DNA of 64,000 nucleotides. Origin: Octopus sinensis (taxonomy: Eukaryota). Position 1 is the stretch's first letter, and each line of letters opens with the position of its first letter. Shown here piece after piece: positions 14,684 through 29,396 of this stretch. The notes below the pieces were generated by a model, which was not told where the DNA came from, ran no database searches, and saw nothing but the letters and a program-made list of their open reading frames with translations. Where the stretch lies: assembly GCF_006345805.1 (NCBI RefSeq), contig NC_043003.1:35154001-35218000 (forward strand), written 5' to 3'. The translations under genes and the position numbers were made by a program.

Positions 14684-17600
14684 ATGTATGTGCATTCACC
14701 AATGGGATGACAAAATAGACTTTGCATTCAAGGTGTGGAACATGTTCCAAATTATGGCAATACCCCCCGCTACACTTACAACCCTCACAGTCCCCTGAAG
14801 AATCACATGAGACACCACTATGTAAAACAATGAGTTAGCCAGTATGATTGGATACTAAAAATATGTATGATTTAATTGATAATTTATCATATCCATGAAT
14901 TGTATAAAAAATTTGCAAGCCTATATATGTCCACAACGAACCGAAGCTTACATGATATATATCACCACTTATATTTGTCATAAAGGTAAAAATCTAAAGT
15001 TTAGGTATTTGAATTTCCAATTTCTTCATTATATACAGCTGCTTAAATACAATTCAGTTCAAGCGAATTGATACACAAGAACATTTTTTGATATTAAGTA
15101 GTTATTTTATTGTTTATGGTAATTTTCGAATTAAGCATCAAATAGCACTTCAGATTCTACAGTCTAAGGAAAAACCAAGTAGATTTTATTATTAACCACG
15201 GTACATAAACATATATGCAAGATTTCACTGGAAACTATTGTTTTACTGTAGTCATTTAAGCCAGATTTACTGATTAAACCAGTGGTTTAACGTGATTAGC
15301 CTCTCGCATTCTTTTATAAATAGTATGTGTACGTAAGTTTGCAAATTCCTCATTACATTAGATGAAAGCGTAATGTCTATGATAAATAGCGTATTTTCCC
15401 ACCACCTTCTAGTTGTGAATTTAGCAAACACAATTTTTAAATTATTAAGTCGAATTAAGATGATAGTCAATTAGTTGACAGCCTGTCAGATTTATACAGG
15501 AAGTACAAAAATTTATCGCCCAAACTTCTGGATATTCGAGCTTAATTGCTTTTCGCGAGCTATATGATCTTTTTAGCTTGCTTTTGAGGAGAATGTCTAC
15601 ATTTTTCGTGCATTACTTCATATATATCATAAAACGAAGCATATATTGACATACATGCACATAATTATATATACATATGCATTCGTAAAAACATGCAGAT
15701 TCACACATACATTAATATGATGTGATATGCTAACATGGATGCATACATAAGCATACTTGTGCAGCTACATCTATACTTACATACATATGTACCTAGTTGA
15801 CCATCTCTAAATTCTATTGATATGTCCTTTTTTTATTTTGGCTGAAAAATATTTCTAATATTGCATGTGTCTTTCATTAAAATCGATTGTAAATTAAATT
15901 TTTTCGATAATATGGAATTTCCACCCATCTCAAATTAACATATAATAAAATATATGAATGATGAAAATAAAAGATATTGAAATATGCCGGCAAATCTATG
16001 ATATAAGGTAAATGAAATTAAAACCGAGTACTGGTTAAGTAATACAGAAATATAAGAGCAGCAAGAGAATTTTTGAATTATCATCACAGTTTGCACGGTT
16101 GGAAGCTGGAAGAATTTGATAAGTTACTAATGAAAGTGTGAATTCATTTAGTCATTTAGTCAAGTTTTCTATAAATGTTGCTAAAAGGAATACATATTTC
16201 TTCATCATTTCCTTGAACCCCGAGTTCTTTACTCAGAATTCCGTATCCATTTTGGTAATCAGCATGTCTGGTTTCATAGACGGAATTCATAAAATGATAT
16301 AAAACCAACATTTATTATCACATTACGACAGCAGTAATTTGACACTGTAGTAAATTGGTTCATTAACAACAAGGAAATCGATATTTTTCCGTTCGAAGTC
16401 CTCAACCCATCAACACGTAAGCAAATTGAGAATTGTAACAATATCTTGTGTGTTGCAGCAATGGACAATGGATAAATCCTTTAAGTAAACCTTTTGTAAT
16501 CAACTTTTTAATAACGTTGAAACTATTCACATACATACAATAGGCTTTTCGTTGCAGCTGAGTTTTTATTGGTTCCTTTATGTAGATATTCTTTCTCTTC
16601 AATTCAAACACTGCACCGCCTACATGCACTCATATTAGCACACCCCACCCGCGCGCACACAAACACATACACACACACACACACCTTGCACACACTCACA
16701 CACATTGGCACCTATTTATCTCTAACCATACGGAAGATACTATTTTCACCCTTACCAAATAGAATCTTTTGTGAAAAGGAGGTTTAATTACTCCAGATCG
16801 TTATTATATCAACGCTGGATTCTATCATCTTTCTGACACTGCAGTCATGTGACTAAAGGCTCAACTATGAAAGTGTCACCGGCATGTCATCCATTTTAGG
16901 ATTCATGATTTTCTAATGTTTATTTCCAATATTATCGGATCCACCACACAATATTATCGCCATCATCGCTGTGATTGCCATCGTAAATATCGTTCTACTT
17001 TCGTCGTGACAATTGTTCTTGTGGCTTAAACTATTCCCCCGCTCATAATGTCTATGTCTAAGTATACGTATTTCTCTACAGAAATATGTTAGAGAAATGG
17101 GAGTACGCATTCGCATATTAATATAATCATAACGAAATAAAGCGTATAGATATTCAAAGTTATGAAAACACGAATACTGGCTGGCACTTCAAACGGAATT
17201 TAAATTTACACAAAAGCAGGTAATTACAGAAAATAGTAAAAACTAACAAACACTCAACTAAATGGAACCAATGAAATTTCCCAACGTATCGGTACAAATT
17301 AAAGATGCCGTTTGTACGAAAACAAACTCTTTGGAAAGATATCCAAATATTCTATCCAAATACCTAATCATGCATCTGCGGGTTGATGCAATACGCTTGC
17401 ATATCTTGGGCTCAAGCCAAAGTGAATCAGATTGAAATAGCTGAGAAAACGTGCACAACTGTATATAATTTCCTATAATGAGAAGAGAATCATTTAGAGA
17501 AAGAATCAACACAGTTGTTATTATTTACTCCCAACTCTGATCTATCAGACCTACGATCAAAGGCATTCCAGTCTTAACTGTCCCTTTTTTTCTTTTTTTT

Positions 17601-18108
17601 TCTCTCTCAGACATAAATGTAGGACTCCTCGATATAATATGTCGTTTATTAGACTAAACTTAAAGTTTGATTTAATACAAATAATCTCTTCTTTGGATAC
17701 TTTTGGTGATGACCCTCATGTTGTTCGCATTCGAGATACATCTCTGGTCTGAGGCTAATATCTACAGTTCCATGTATCTCTGAGCCACTGACAAGGGACA
17801 TGGCTCTGCATAAAATTACTTTAAGATATTACAGAAATTGTGATACATTGTATGTAAGCAGTTATTTCTTATAATCAGGGTGACCAGGTAGAAGTTCCCT
17901 CGTCGGAAGATATAAATCACTGTTCTTTTTCCCCCATGCTCTTTAAATTTAGTTTAGACGAAAATGAGGAATATCTCTCCTCCGTCGTCATAATCACTCA
18001 AAATCATACAAAAAATAATTAGTTTTCTTATGTTGGGAACATTTGTTACAGAAAAGGAACTGTTCGACTTCATTTTGTGCATTTATTTTTAAATTAAAGC
18101 TAAACACA

Positions 18109-18285
<177 letters not shown>

Positions 18286-21200
18286 ATGACGCTGTTAGTA
18301 AGAGAACTTCAGGAAAGCTATTGGTATTGTTTACATTCTGAGTCTAAATTCCACTGGCTTCAAATATACTTTTCTTCCTGTGAGATTTGATAAAATGAAT
18401 CGCTAACCAAACATTGCTGTTGAATTCACTGGCACTTACAACTCCAGAAATATTTGGAATTGGCTTATTGTATACAAAGTATTGCATTCGTGATCTTTTA
18501 ATTATTACCACTATTGAACTGGGTGATGTATTCTTCAGGAAAAACGGTTTCTTACAAGTCATTCTAGTAATCCTGCAACAGAGTGGCACCCCGTAAAAGA
18601 AGTGGGAAATGTATCCCCCTTTCAGCTCAGGCCGGGTCATTCACCCTTTTCTTGATACTACACACGAGTACACACGCACACACACACGCACTCACGAGCG
18701 CGCGCATATATATATATATATATATATAGTTGAAAAGGGGTTTAAGAGAGACCATACAAATTAAACATTGTAGTTTGAGTTATTTAAAATATAACTGGTT
18801 TCGGTGTATCCGTCTTATAAAATATTATAAAGAATTACTTTTGGAAGTACGAGAGAAAAAAAATTGTGTTTTAACAGTTTGTACCTATATTTTGAGTTCT
18901 TCGAACTCAAATATAGGTACAAAATGTTAAATTCCACGCGCACACATATATACACCCAATACCTTTTAAATTTCTTTGTCTAAAGCAACGAGACGATCTC
19001 TGGAGTATGGTATTGCCTCATTGGTGACATGTGAAAATATTTCTAAACATATTTGCGTACAATAGAAAACTAATGTGTTTATCAGTTATTAAATACAAGT
19101 GAAGATATATTCAAAGAGAAAAACGTAGAGACGGGGAAAAAAGAAAAAAGAAAAGGAAATGTTGTTTTAAGACGGATGTCTCTTAATTGAACTAACGTAC
19201 ACCACCACCCGTCTAAAAGGCTTTAATTAGCTTCCTACCCTAGCGTAACAAAACTTGTGCCCGATACTTTCAACATTCGCACGTGCGATAATTTCTTTTT
19301 AGCAAACTTTATTTCAGTGAAGTTGAAATTTTTTTCTAAAAAAAATATTTCTGTTTTAGTTAAACATGCTGTTCAGTTCTATTTTATAATGCAAATCAAA
19401 ACACAAAACGTTCTCCGACTCACGCAAAATTTTCAGTCAGTCACCTTAGAAGAAAAGTAATGTTTGCGTGTAAAGACGTTTTTCTTTTCTTTTCATCTAG
19501 GCAATCAATGGTTTGTTGAATGAGACAGCTGCTATATTTTACGGGTTTGCGATCTTGATGACAATTCGATATGAACTATAATGCTAAACTAGTCACAAAT
19601 AATCGCTTGAAAAATCTATATAGTGGAATTGTGTATATTTTTATATGTTGTTGATTATTTTGTTTTCTTTTTCATTTCCTTGTTGTTTTACACCTTCTTT
19701 CTTCCGCTTGTTAATGGTATTCACGTTCTTTTTGCAGTTTATTTTCTTTCTGATGTTGTTATCAATATCATAAAGAAATAATACTATCATTTGTGTAATT
19801 AATATCGTATTTTTGCTTCTTTACCTGATCCACGATTGCGGTAAATGAAATTTTCACGCGGCTTAATTCGTTTCATATCGGAGGTAAACATACCCACGCG
19901 CACACATATACATAGACTGCATATACATATCCATCTGGAAGCTTGCGTACACATAACGAATAAATTTATAAAAATGATAAAAGTGATTCTAATTCCAAGC
20001 ATATAAATAATATTTATCTTCGCGCATTCAGTTATTAAGCAAAATACTGAAAGGTATATTCTTTGGAGAAATGAAACGTGACATACTTTCTTTAGGGAGA
20101 ATTAAATAGTAAATATTGAAATGAAATATAGTTTCATAGAAAGAATATTTATCAATATGTAGTCTTTATCATTCAAGTATTGAATATATGTGTGCCTATA
20201 TACATGTAAGTATCGCATTGTATGATAATCTATATATTACGATATGACTTTGTATTTCTATATCTCTCAAACTGTACACTTATAAAAGTGTCAAATATAA
20301 TTATACATAACATTTGAAACGCATTCTTACATAAACATAAACATGCACATACATATGCATACAAACGTATATATGCACACACTTGATGTAAACAATAGTT
20401 ACACTAACATTTGATGCATACACTTATATAGATTAAATGACAGCGCTACATTTTGGCCATCCTGAAAAGATCCAAGTTAAAACATTCCGATACTCAGACA
20501 TTCATGTTCGGGAACTTGGACACTACTCAGGCGAGACTAGCTAACGGAACGGATACCTTTCTGAAGTTATGAGTGCATTTCGGAGAATGTGGAACCCCAG
20601 AGAAATAAAAAAATTAATATTAGTTATGAAATATTCTATGTTGTAACTATAAATCTATATAAGTATTTATTCTACATATAGTATTGAACAATTTTCTTTT
20701 GTCTTTACTCTTATCAAGTACTGTGTATATAATAACACTATTATATGACACATAGGTGTGTTAGTGTGTATATGTGAGCATGTGTAGCAAAATATTTGCC
20801 ACGCTGTAGTCTTTTCCCTTTCTGTGAGCGCAGAACAATATACATGAATACGTGTGTGCGTTTTATCTTTGTGTTTGATGTATTATGCGTGTTTGCATGT
20901 ATGAGAGAGGAAGAGAGTGAGGAAGAGAAAGACAGAGAGGGAGAGAGAGAGAGAGAAGAGGTAGAAGAGAGAGAAAAGAAGAAAGAGAGAAGTAGAGAGA
21001 AAGAGTGTATCGATATATTTGGTGTCGACACAAGTGAACATATTAGATGTATTTAACCACAGGCAGAATGATTTACCAAGACAATAGAAATGAAAATAAT
21101 ATACCTGGTCAATGTCGATAGAAAAGGCAATGAAGTGATAAACGGTTTTGCAGTCTGTCTGTCTACTTGTCTATCTAGCTATCTATCTGTTTGTCGGCCT

Positions 21201-21598
21201 GTCTGACACACAAACACACACAAGCACACACACACACACTCACGTGCAAGCACACACACACACACACACGTGCAAGCACACACAGAAAAAGCACACATAT
21301 ACACATACACACAAGTACACACAGACGCAGACACACACATATATATTGTAAGCATAAAAGTATGTACACAGCCGCACACATATATCTATGTATGTTCGTT
21401 ATTCATACGGAGGAATATCATAAAGCAATGTCGGAAAGTGGAAGAAGCTGAAAATTATATATAAAAGCCCGTGTGAATTTGTGTAAATGGCAGAATTGAA
21501 GGAATTAGATGTTTATGTGTATCCATTTGTAATATCATAAGACATATGTGGAAGCTATCTTTGTTTCTCTCTTATCCATCACCATCATCATCATCATT

Positions 21599-21636
<38 letters not shown>

Positions 21637-24374
21637 TACCGTCTTCTTCTTCACCCTCTTTCATTTTGTTTGAGGCGTCTCCATGTGACACCAGACTGCA
21701 GATCGATTTAGTGTTCCAATCTAACCATTATGGCAGTGCCAACAACACCAGTTATTGATTTGAAAGCTTGTATATTCTGATTTGAATAACTATATTGCAT
21801 TCCCTTACTATTCTCAGTGCCATTTTTTTCTTCTTTGGAAGCCTACCTCTGAAACAGCGGAGGGGATTTCATTCAGTTCTGCAAACGACGTCGATGGCAC
21901 GCTGCTAAATAATCGGGCATAATTCCTTATTGAGGTATTGTTCGCTAATATTTGAAACGCCTGACGTATAATGTTTGCTGCACACATATGTAAAATGGTA
22001 ATACATACGTATTCATGGATAGAAATTCACGCACCTATCGGCATGTAGAGTCTCACGTACATACATAGAAAGAAATAAAGAATATCCGCATACGAAACAT
22101 CGCGAAGTATTTCGAATGGTATAAACTTATATGGATTCATAGATACTCGCAACACAAATATACAAATGCAAACTTACACACACACACACAATTTTTATTT
22201 AACATCAATCGTATTGTGAACATGTTGCTGAAGATCATGATTTTGGTGGAGAATATATACTTGATTTGACTGAGACTGCTATTTCACTTCTAATTCTTTT
22301 CTCAATCCAAGAAAATTGAAAGCAAGGTTGACCCCAGAGTATGAGCACTACATTACAACCATTTGAAAAATAAGAACCTAAAAACATATCTATATATGGA
22401 TTCGAATTAAATTATCCATACGCACCTTAACATAGACCTAAATGCCACAGAGGAATGTTTAACCAAAAATTCAATCCCTTCCAGTCGCATGACCTTCGAA
22501 AATGGAAGGAAACATTGGTTGACACTAAAATACTGAATGATAGCAGCTGAAACGTTTTTGATCATAATTCTGCTTGATTACGACTTACCCGGTGTTACTG
22601 AATAATATCTACAACCAATTTTCTTAACTCCACGCCCATGTAAGTTGTGTACTTTCCCCTGTTGACGCTGCCGCTAATACATGGTCCACAACCGTGGACA
22701 TGAGCCTCATTATTAGCATTATCATTACTTTCCTCTCATGTCACCCCAAGCACAAACACCGTCCATCATAAAGACTGTTATCATCATTACTATCGGGGAC
22801 AAAAATTCTAAATTTACCGTCCTTACTACCAATAATCACCGCAAACTATTCATAAAAACCACTAGCAGCAGCAGTACGGAGAGCCATTAATTCCATCGTG
22901 ACCACCTTCAACCTCTATCGCAGCTTCTTTGCTGCTTTCACTGTTATTACACACATAAACTAAAAGCATGTTATCCCATGTTTTCCAAAGTAGAAATTAC
23001 TTGTCTGTATAATTAAAAAGAAAATATTTCAACACACAAAAATTAATTAAAAGAAATCAGTCAGGAAAAATAAAATTGAAGCAAATAAAAATAAATAACA
23101 AGATTATCAATACTATAATTAATGTTTTGGCACCAATCCCCTGGGTTCAAAACATCTCTGCAATTTTGTTTGCTAAATTAACTCCCAAATTCCGAATGTG
23201 TTAAAATATCTGATGTGTTAAAATTATTTTAGACTACACTCAGTATTTGAGTATTCATGAATATTTGCAAATTATAATATGGAGGATTTTGTCATTTCAA
23301 TATAGATGAAATTTTTTTCTGTATTTGTTCAGGTATTAAAAAAATTAAATATATTCTGATCTTTATCATTCATATGATTTTTATTTCTTGTGTTCATCTC
23401 AAACTTTCATTCATATTTCTTCCTTATGCGGATGATGTATTCATAGCAAAATCATGTAGAGCTTGCTAAGTTATTCTTCTAATTTTGCCATGAAATTATT
23501 ATAGTTTACTGATCGTATTTGATCTGCATGGTAAATTTCAGAATGTTTTACGTCTTTTGGTCTTACATTTCGATATTCATGTATGATTCACATTTTAAAG
23601 CAAACAAGAAATCTCTACTAATAAATTTGAAATTTCCATATTTCTTTTACCACAAGAGTATGATACCAGAGTATTCTGTATCAAATGCATATATATCTTT
23701 GCAGTCCAGTAATTTTTCCAGGAAAGGTTTGGCCAAGCCTTGGGTGATAATAGACATTGAATTTATGAAAACTGATCTACACTCAGCCAACTTGTAAACT
23801 ACGTCTATTATACAGTACTTCAATAATACGCAGCTGGTTACTTTCGTTATATTTTCTTTCTATTTTCAGAAAATAAGTAGTGCAATAGTAAGATAAAAAA
23901 AACACCGACCAAATGTCACGTTGGCACCTTTACATTGTAACTTCAAGCATATCAACAACTTCAAAATAGAACATCAAGCATTACTATCCCATAGATAAAG
24001 TAGAAACTTAGTTTTTATACACGCTTCCCTCCGTTACGTATGGGAACTTTTGGATGCGTATCAATAATAATCTTGTAGAGTGTTTGGTGCGCACATATCA
24101 CCAACATGCTTTTTTCCGAGTGATAACAAATAACAACGTTTTCCGTGCTGCAAGCTTCTGTTCATATGACAATAACAGCTTTATTGAGGAAATTCTAGTT
24201 TAACATAGATGTTCTTTATGATACAATTACCAAAAAACTGAATGCATTAAGAGGTGACAGGTTCGTCCTAAATCGTACGTAGAATTAGAGAATAAAGAAA
24301 AATGTTTGCTTCATCGATGATCGATTTCTAATACTGAATGATAAAATGACAGAATGAAAGTGGGGATCCATGTA

Positions 24375-24441
24375 CATGTGTGTGTGTGTGTGTATGCATG
24401 CATATATGTATATGTATATGTATATATGTATATATTTATGG

Positions 24442-24478
<37 letters not shown>

Positions 24479-24533
24479 ATGTGTGTGTGTGTGCATATAT
24501 ATATACATATTTGTATATATACATGTATGTATA

Positions 24534-24575
<42 letters not shown>

Positions 24576-24687
24576 ATATATATGTATGTGTGTGTGTGTG
24601 TGTGCGTGTGTATGTGTTTAAATATATACAAACGCACATAGAAATTTATATAAACATATACATACATATACATATATATATACATAT

Positions 24688-24763
<76 letters not shown>

Positions 24764-24790
24764 ATATATGTTTATACATGTACACACGCA
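24375..24790. repeat. Long alternating purine-pyrimidine compound microsatellite (TA/TG/CA)
   Basis: Directly visible, about 400 bp. Confidence 0.95.
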
Positions 24791-25071
24791 CATAGAAAGG
24801 AAAAGAAAGACAAAAAGAGCGATTGAGAAATAAAGAAAGTGAAATGCGATTTCTGAATATAGTATGGCACTATATAACATCATAGTTCATAAATCCCAGC
24901 GTACACAATTGGATACACACACATATACTTATACCAGTTTACTATGTCCACACGGATCTAAGCACATACATTCGTATGAACATACAAATACAAATATTAT
25001 TTATACGTTGAAAGAAATATAAATATGCAAACACAAATGTAAGCGCTCACACATGAACACACACAACCACA

Positions 25072-25121
<50 letters not shown>

Positions 25122-26399
25122 CATCCCTAAAATACACATTACACGTATAGATATTATTTCCCAATGAGTTCCCACATTTCTTTTTATGGTAATATTCTAC
25201 CTAAACAAAGGCCTAATGCTTGAATTAATGTGATACATTTGGGGACCATTTTAGCTGTATCCACCAACCGGAACCGGACAAGAGAGACAAGTAAAATCTC
25301 TACTGTAAATTGTGACTGAACCTATATTCTTTGCACTTCACTCTTATTAAATATTCAGTGCTGACATTAAAGACTGGATAGTGGAGGTCTGGATCACGCC
25401 TCCACTAGGGCACATCAAATCAATGATTCATTCGGACACGCTGGTAATGCTGAAGTATTTGTGAAGCAGTTTAGCAAACGAAATTGTTGAGATTTTTAAA
25501 CCCAGGGGATTGGTAGCCAAACATTAATTATAGAATTGGTAACGATGATTTCGATAGGAAAAGAATAACAACAATATTATAAACCGATAGAATTGACGAA
25601 GCCAGCGTTATGAAGCGAGAACTATGGTTTTGAGAACTTCTAACGCAAATATATTTGTATATTTGTGTGTGAGTGTGCGTGTATGTGTGTGTGTTAGTCT
25701 GTGCATCTGCGTGTCAGTGTATATGTGTGCGTGTAAATATATATGAATATATATATATATAGGTAGATAGGTAGATATATTAACACGCATATATACATAT
25801 ATACATACGCACACACATATATACATATATATGTATATGTATGCAGAATGTATGTATGTATGCATACACTATTGGAAATACATAGCTTGATAGCTAGGTA
25901 AGGGCACATGTTGTTATATATATTGGTACAAATATATATCTACATATCAATATATGATGTGCATACATAGGCACATGCATTGTAATTTAAAATTTGTCTT
26001 TGTAGGAAGTAAATAACAGATTTTGTATGAGTGAGATGAGAATTATTCCTCACATCCAAAAGAACAGTAAAAGCTTTTGTAAGCGGGATAGCTTCTGCAA
26101 TTTTAAATATTTTGTATAAGGACCGTTTCGATAAATAAAATGTTGGTATCGATGTAAAAACTTGGCAAGTTTAGTAACCTATCAATTTAAACATCATTCT
26201 GGACTGTTAACGTCTTCGAAAAATAATATTAAAAGCTGTCATGTTAGTTTGTCCGGTTCTGAGTGTGGTGATAGTCATAGAGAAAATAATCCTCATTGTA
26301 CTGATTTGGCCCAAACACTAGTAATTGAGTGAACGCCACTAAAATGTCTAAACTGCAAGTTAATGGTGTTAAGCTTGTTGACATGCTTTTGTCCGAGAA

Positions 26400-26550
26400 C
26401 AGAAACGGACTTTCCGATGGCTTTTCCCTTGGTTTCTATATACAAAATTTCACTCACAACGCTTTGGTCAGCACGAGGTGTCCGAGGTGCCACCCTGTGG
26501 GATAGAACATGAAATTTAGTTGGTGCAGTACATAACTACATCTCCATGGC
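26400..26550 (-). mobile_element. Degenerate SINE family B copy
   Basis: CAAAATTTCACTCACAACGCTTTGGTCAGC..CCGAGGTGCCACCCTGTGGGATAGAAC parallels CCCAAGGTGCCACGTAGTGAGACTGAATC at about 56490 and the reverse complement of TGTGAATGAATTTTG at about 51180. Confidence 0.6.
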
Positions 26551-28160
26551 AACGAGTTTTAATACAATCCATGAATCTTGTTGTCTCATGAAGAAGGATC
26601 AGACCCACTTATAGTTATTGAAGATTTAATTACAATAGGTGGCAATATTTTTAATAGTCTATGTTTTGTCTTATGAAATTAACCTAATTAATAAATTGTT
26701 GAGGTACATAAAAAGTATTTATCTAACAGCTTGCATTATATCAAATATTGAATTCTACTTCTCCAGTGCCAGAAAAAGAGAAGTATCTAATCTTCGTGCA
26801 AAGGTTTAAACATGCAAGGGATATATATTGATGATTGAATTGGATTCTATACTCTGAAGATGTATATTACTGATAAAATTGAATTCTCTATGCCGTATTT
26901 TATAAAACCTAGAGCAAAGTTCTAAGCTGAATTCAAAATATTTGAAATTAATGTTCATGAGAATGAAATTAAGTACTCTAAAGTTTTTCATCAGTCTACT
27001 TTTTCTATCATTCACCCCTCTATCGAAAGATAATTATACTGTAAATTATACAGATATTTCCAAGTTGTTTATCGAACAGAGTTGACTGAGGGAACTTTCA
27101 CGCAGATACTAGCTTTTTAGAAAATGTAGCCAAATCACTCTGAAAGGATAACTTAAAGTCTTAAATTAAGGAAATTTTAGATTATGCAGTTGAAAGAAAA
27201 ATGGAACAGTCATGTTTGAACGTCTATAATCATATGACTTATTATTTAGAGTTCATAAAGAAGTGAGCATTTATGGCAACAACGAAAACATCAACTTCCG
27301 TTTGTATAAATACATTTACTTGCAATATCAAACAACTTCGGAGAACCAAAAATTGATCTTCTCCATAAAACAGCTTCAAACAGTTTCAGGGACGTTAAAA
27401 TAATAAAAACGTTCTTTTTTTAAAAAATGGATTTCCTTTCTGTGATGCTACTAATGTATTCCACACAATGACTTGACAGGTTCTCTAGATGCACTTTTTG
27501 ACATTGTAACCATCCACAAAAACATTATAAAACACAAGGCGGTTGTATTAACACTGATACTATTTCTAAAATATTTGAAATTACAATATTTAACAAGCAT
27601 AATTACAGCTTCACATATTCTATTTCCCACCAATAAATATAGATCTGAAACAAATCTAGAAGGTAATCATTTTATTTTTTCATTATTTTTCAACACCTCC
27701 TAGATTGGTGGGAAGAAAGGAGAATGGCCTGAATGCTTTCAACGGAGTAGACACTTTTAAATTGAACCAATGGTCAAGTGCTGTGCTTTTAAACCGGGTA
27801 ATGGATTGAGCTCATCTCCCAAAAGCTAGAGCAATCTCCCCAACATTCTTCATCACAGTCCCCTCCACCCAGCCTTTTGATCATCCATGGTTACTGGAAT
27901 CTAACCCGAATATATATAGTTGGTAAGAAAACTTTTCAGGTAAGACTGAGATGTTATTCAAATGAAATCGATGATAAAATGTACCATAATTTCATTTCTA
28001 GTATTATTTTACGTTTTCGATGCAGTTGACTGCACAAATCTTGATTATATTCTAGCTACAATGGATTCGTTTGTATACATTATGCCAAAGCTGAATTTTA
28101 CACTGAGTATCATCGAAAGAACTCACCACTTGCGTAATTCAACAATTGCACTAAACAATA

Positions 28161-29396
28161 CAAGGTCTGATCAATAAGTATCAGGATGGGTGCTATATAA
28201 ACAAAATTATAACACATATCAATTTGCCATTTAAGCTCCTTCTGAAGCAATACACACAATCCAGCGCTTTTTCCATTGATAGAAGCATTCCTAGAACTCA
28301 TTTTCCGGGATAATCAGCAGCTGCCTCATCGCATTCTTCCTTTCAAGCGTGCTTTGATTTTTGGAAAGAGGAAAACGTCGCAAGGGCGAGATATAGGGAA
28401 TACGGTGACTGTTGAATCTGGGGAATGTTATGCCTAGCCAAAACATGCTGCACAAGCTGCGCTGAATAGGAAGGTGTGTTGTCATGGTGCAATTGCCACT
28501 CACTGGTCGCATGCAGATGTCGCCTTTTCCAACGAATAGCAACCCGCAAACGCTGCAAAACGTCATGGTAGTACTCCAAGTTTACTGTATGACCAGGTGG
28601 AGTATATCCATGATGAACCATCCCCTTGTAGTCGAAGAAAACGGCCAACAGTGTCTTCATTGCTTCGTCACATTCGTGCTTTCTTCGATCTTGGAGAAGT
28701 TGGGATCTTCCACTGTGCATTTGCTTCGGGGCCATAGCCATAGACCCACAATTCATCAGATTTTATGACCGTTTTCAAAAAGGTTTCATCCTTAACACAA
28801 TCAAGGGGATCTTGTGCAACTGAAACCCAAGTTTCTTTTTGGTCAACTGAAAGCAGTTTTGGCAGAAACTTGGTAGACACACGTCTCATACCCAAATTTT
28901 CAGTGATAATGGACTGAACTGAACTGTGACTAATCTGCCCATCTTCTGATACCTCACGAATGGTAATTCGACGATTTCCCCCACAGTTCTTTTCAGTTCT
29001 GCTGGTTGCTGGTCTCCCAGAACGTTCGTTATTATCCACATTTTTTCGGACATCTTGGAAACGTCTGAACCACACGTACAATTGTGTGCGCCTCATACAC
29101 GCCTCTTCATACACTTTCTGCAACCTTGCGTATGTCTCTGAGCAGGTGTCGCCAAGCTTTTGACAATTTTTGATTCAGATTTTCTGCTCAATTTTCTGTC
29201 ATGATCAATGAGATGATTACACGCTACACACGTTCATTACAAGCACTGCTGTAAACAGCGGAAGTGAGCTAGAACGTTAAAACCTTGTGCACGCGGACAA
29301 TAGCGTTCAAAGTCAATCTGTGTCAAGCGGTTTTACGCTGCGAGCTTTAGCTTTGTTACTATGACAACAGCCCTGATACTTATTGAGCAGACCACG
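28161..29396 (-). mobile_element. Full-length defective mariner (Tc1/mariner, DD34D, irritans-like) DNA transposon, 1236 bp
   Basis: Imperfect TIRs: CAAGGTCTGATCAATAAGTATCAGG at 28161 versus CGTGGTCTGCTCAATAAGTATCAGG (reverse complement ending at 29396). TA flanks both ends (28159-60, 29397-98). Encloses a transposase pseudogene. Confidence 0.95.
28230..29202 (-). pseudogene. Mariner transposase pseudogene (frameshifts, stops, small deletions)
   Basis: ATG at 29202. N-terminal HTH region (WFRRFQ...ERSGRPATS), RVSTKFLPKLL linker, D1 in KSDELWVYGY, D2 in LHHDNTP, D3 in PYSLYLA(P)CD once a 1-nt frameshift is corrected, with 34 residues between D2 and D3. C-terminus resembles RWIVCIASEG. Covers ORF-track pieces 28668-29123 and 28343-28756. 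Confidence 0.93.

Noticed and set aside
25379-25408. 9-bp hairpin TAGTGGAGG/CCTCCACTA followed by G (CTAG), Helitron-end-like
   Set aside because: The CTAG lies within the stem and not downstream of it, and no 5' terminus or other copies are visible.
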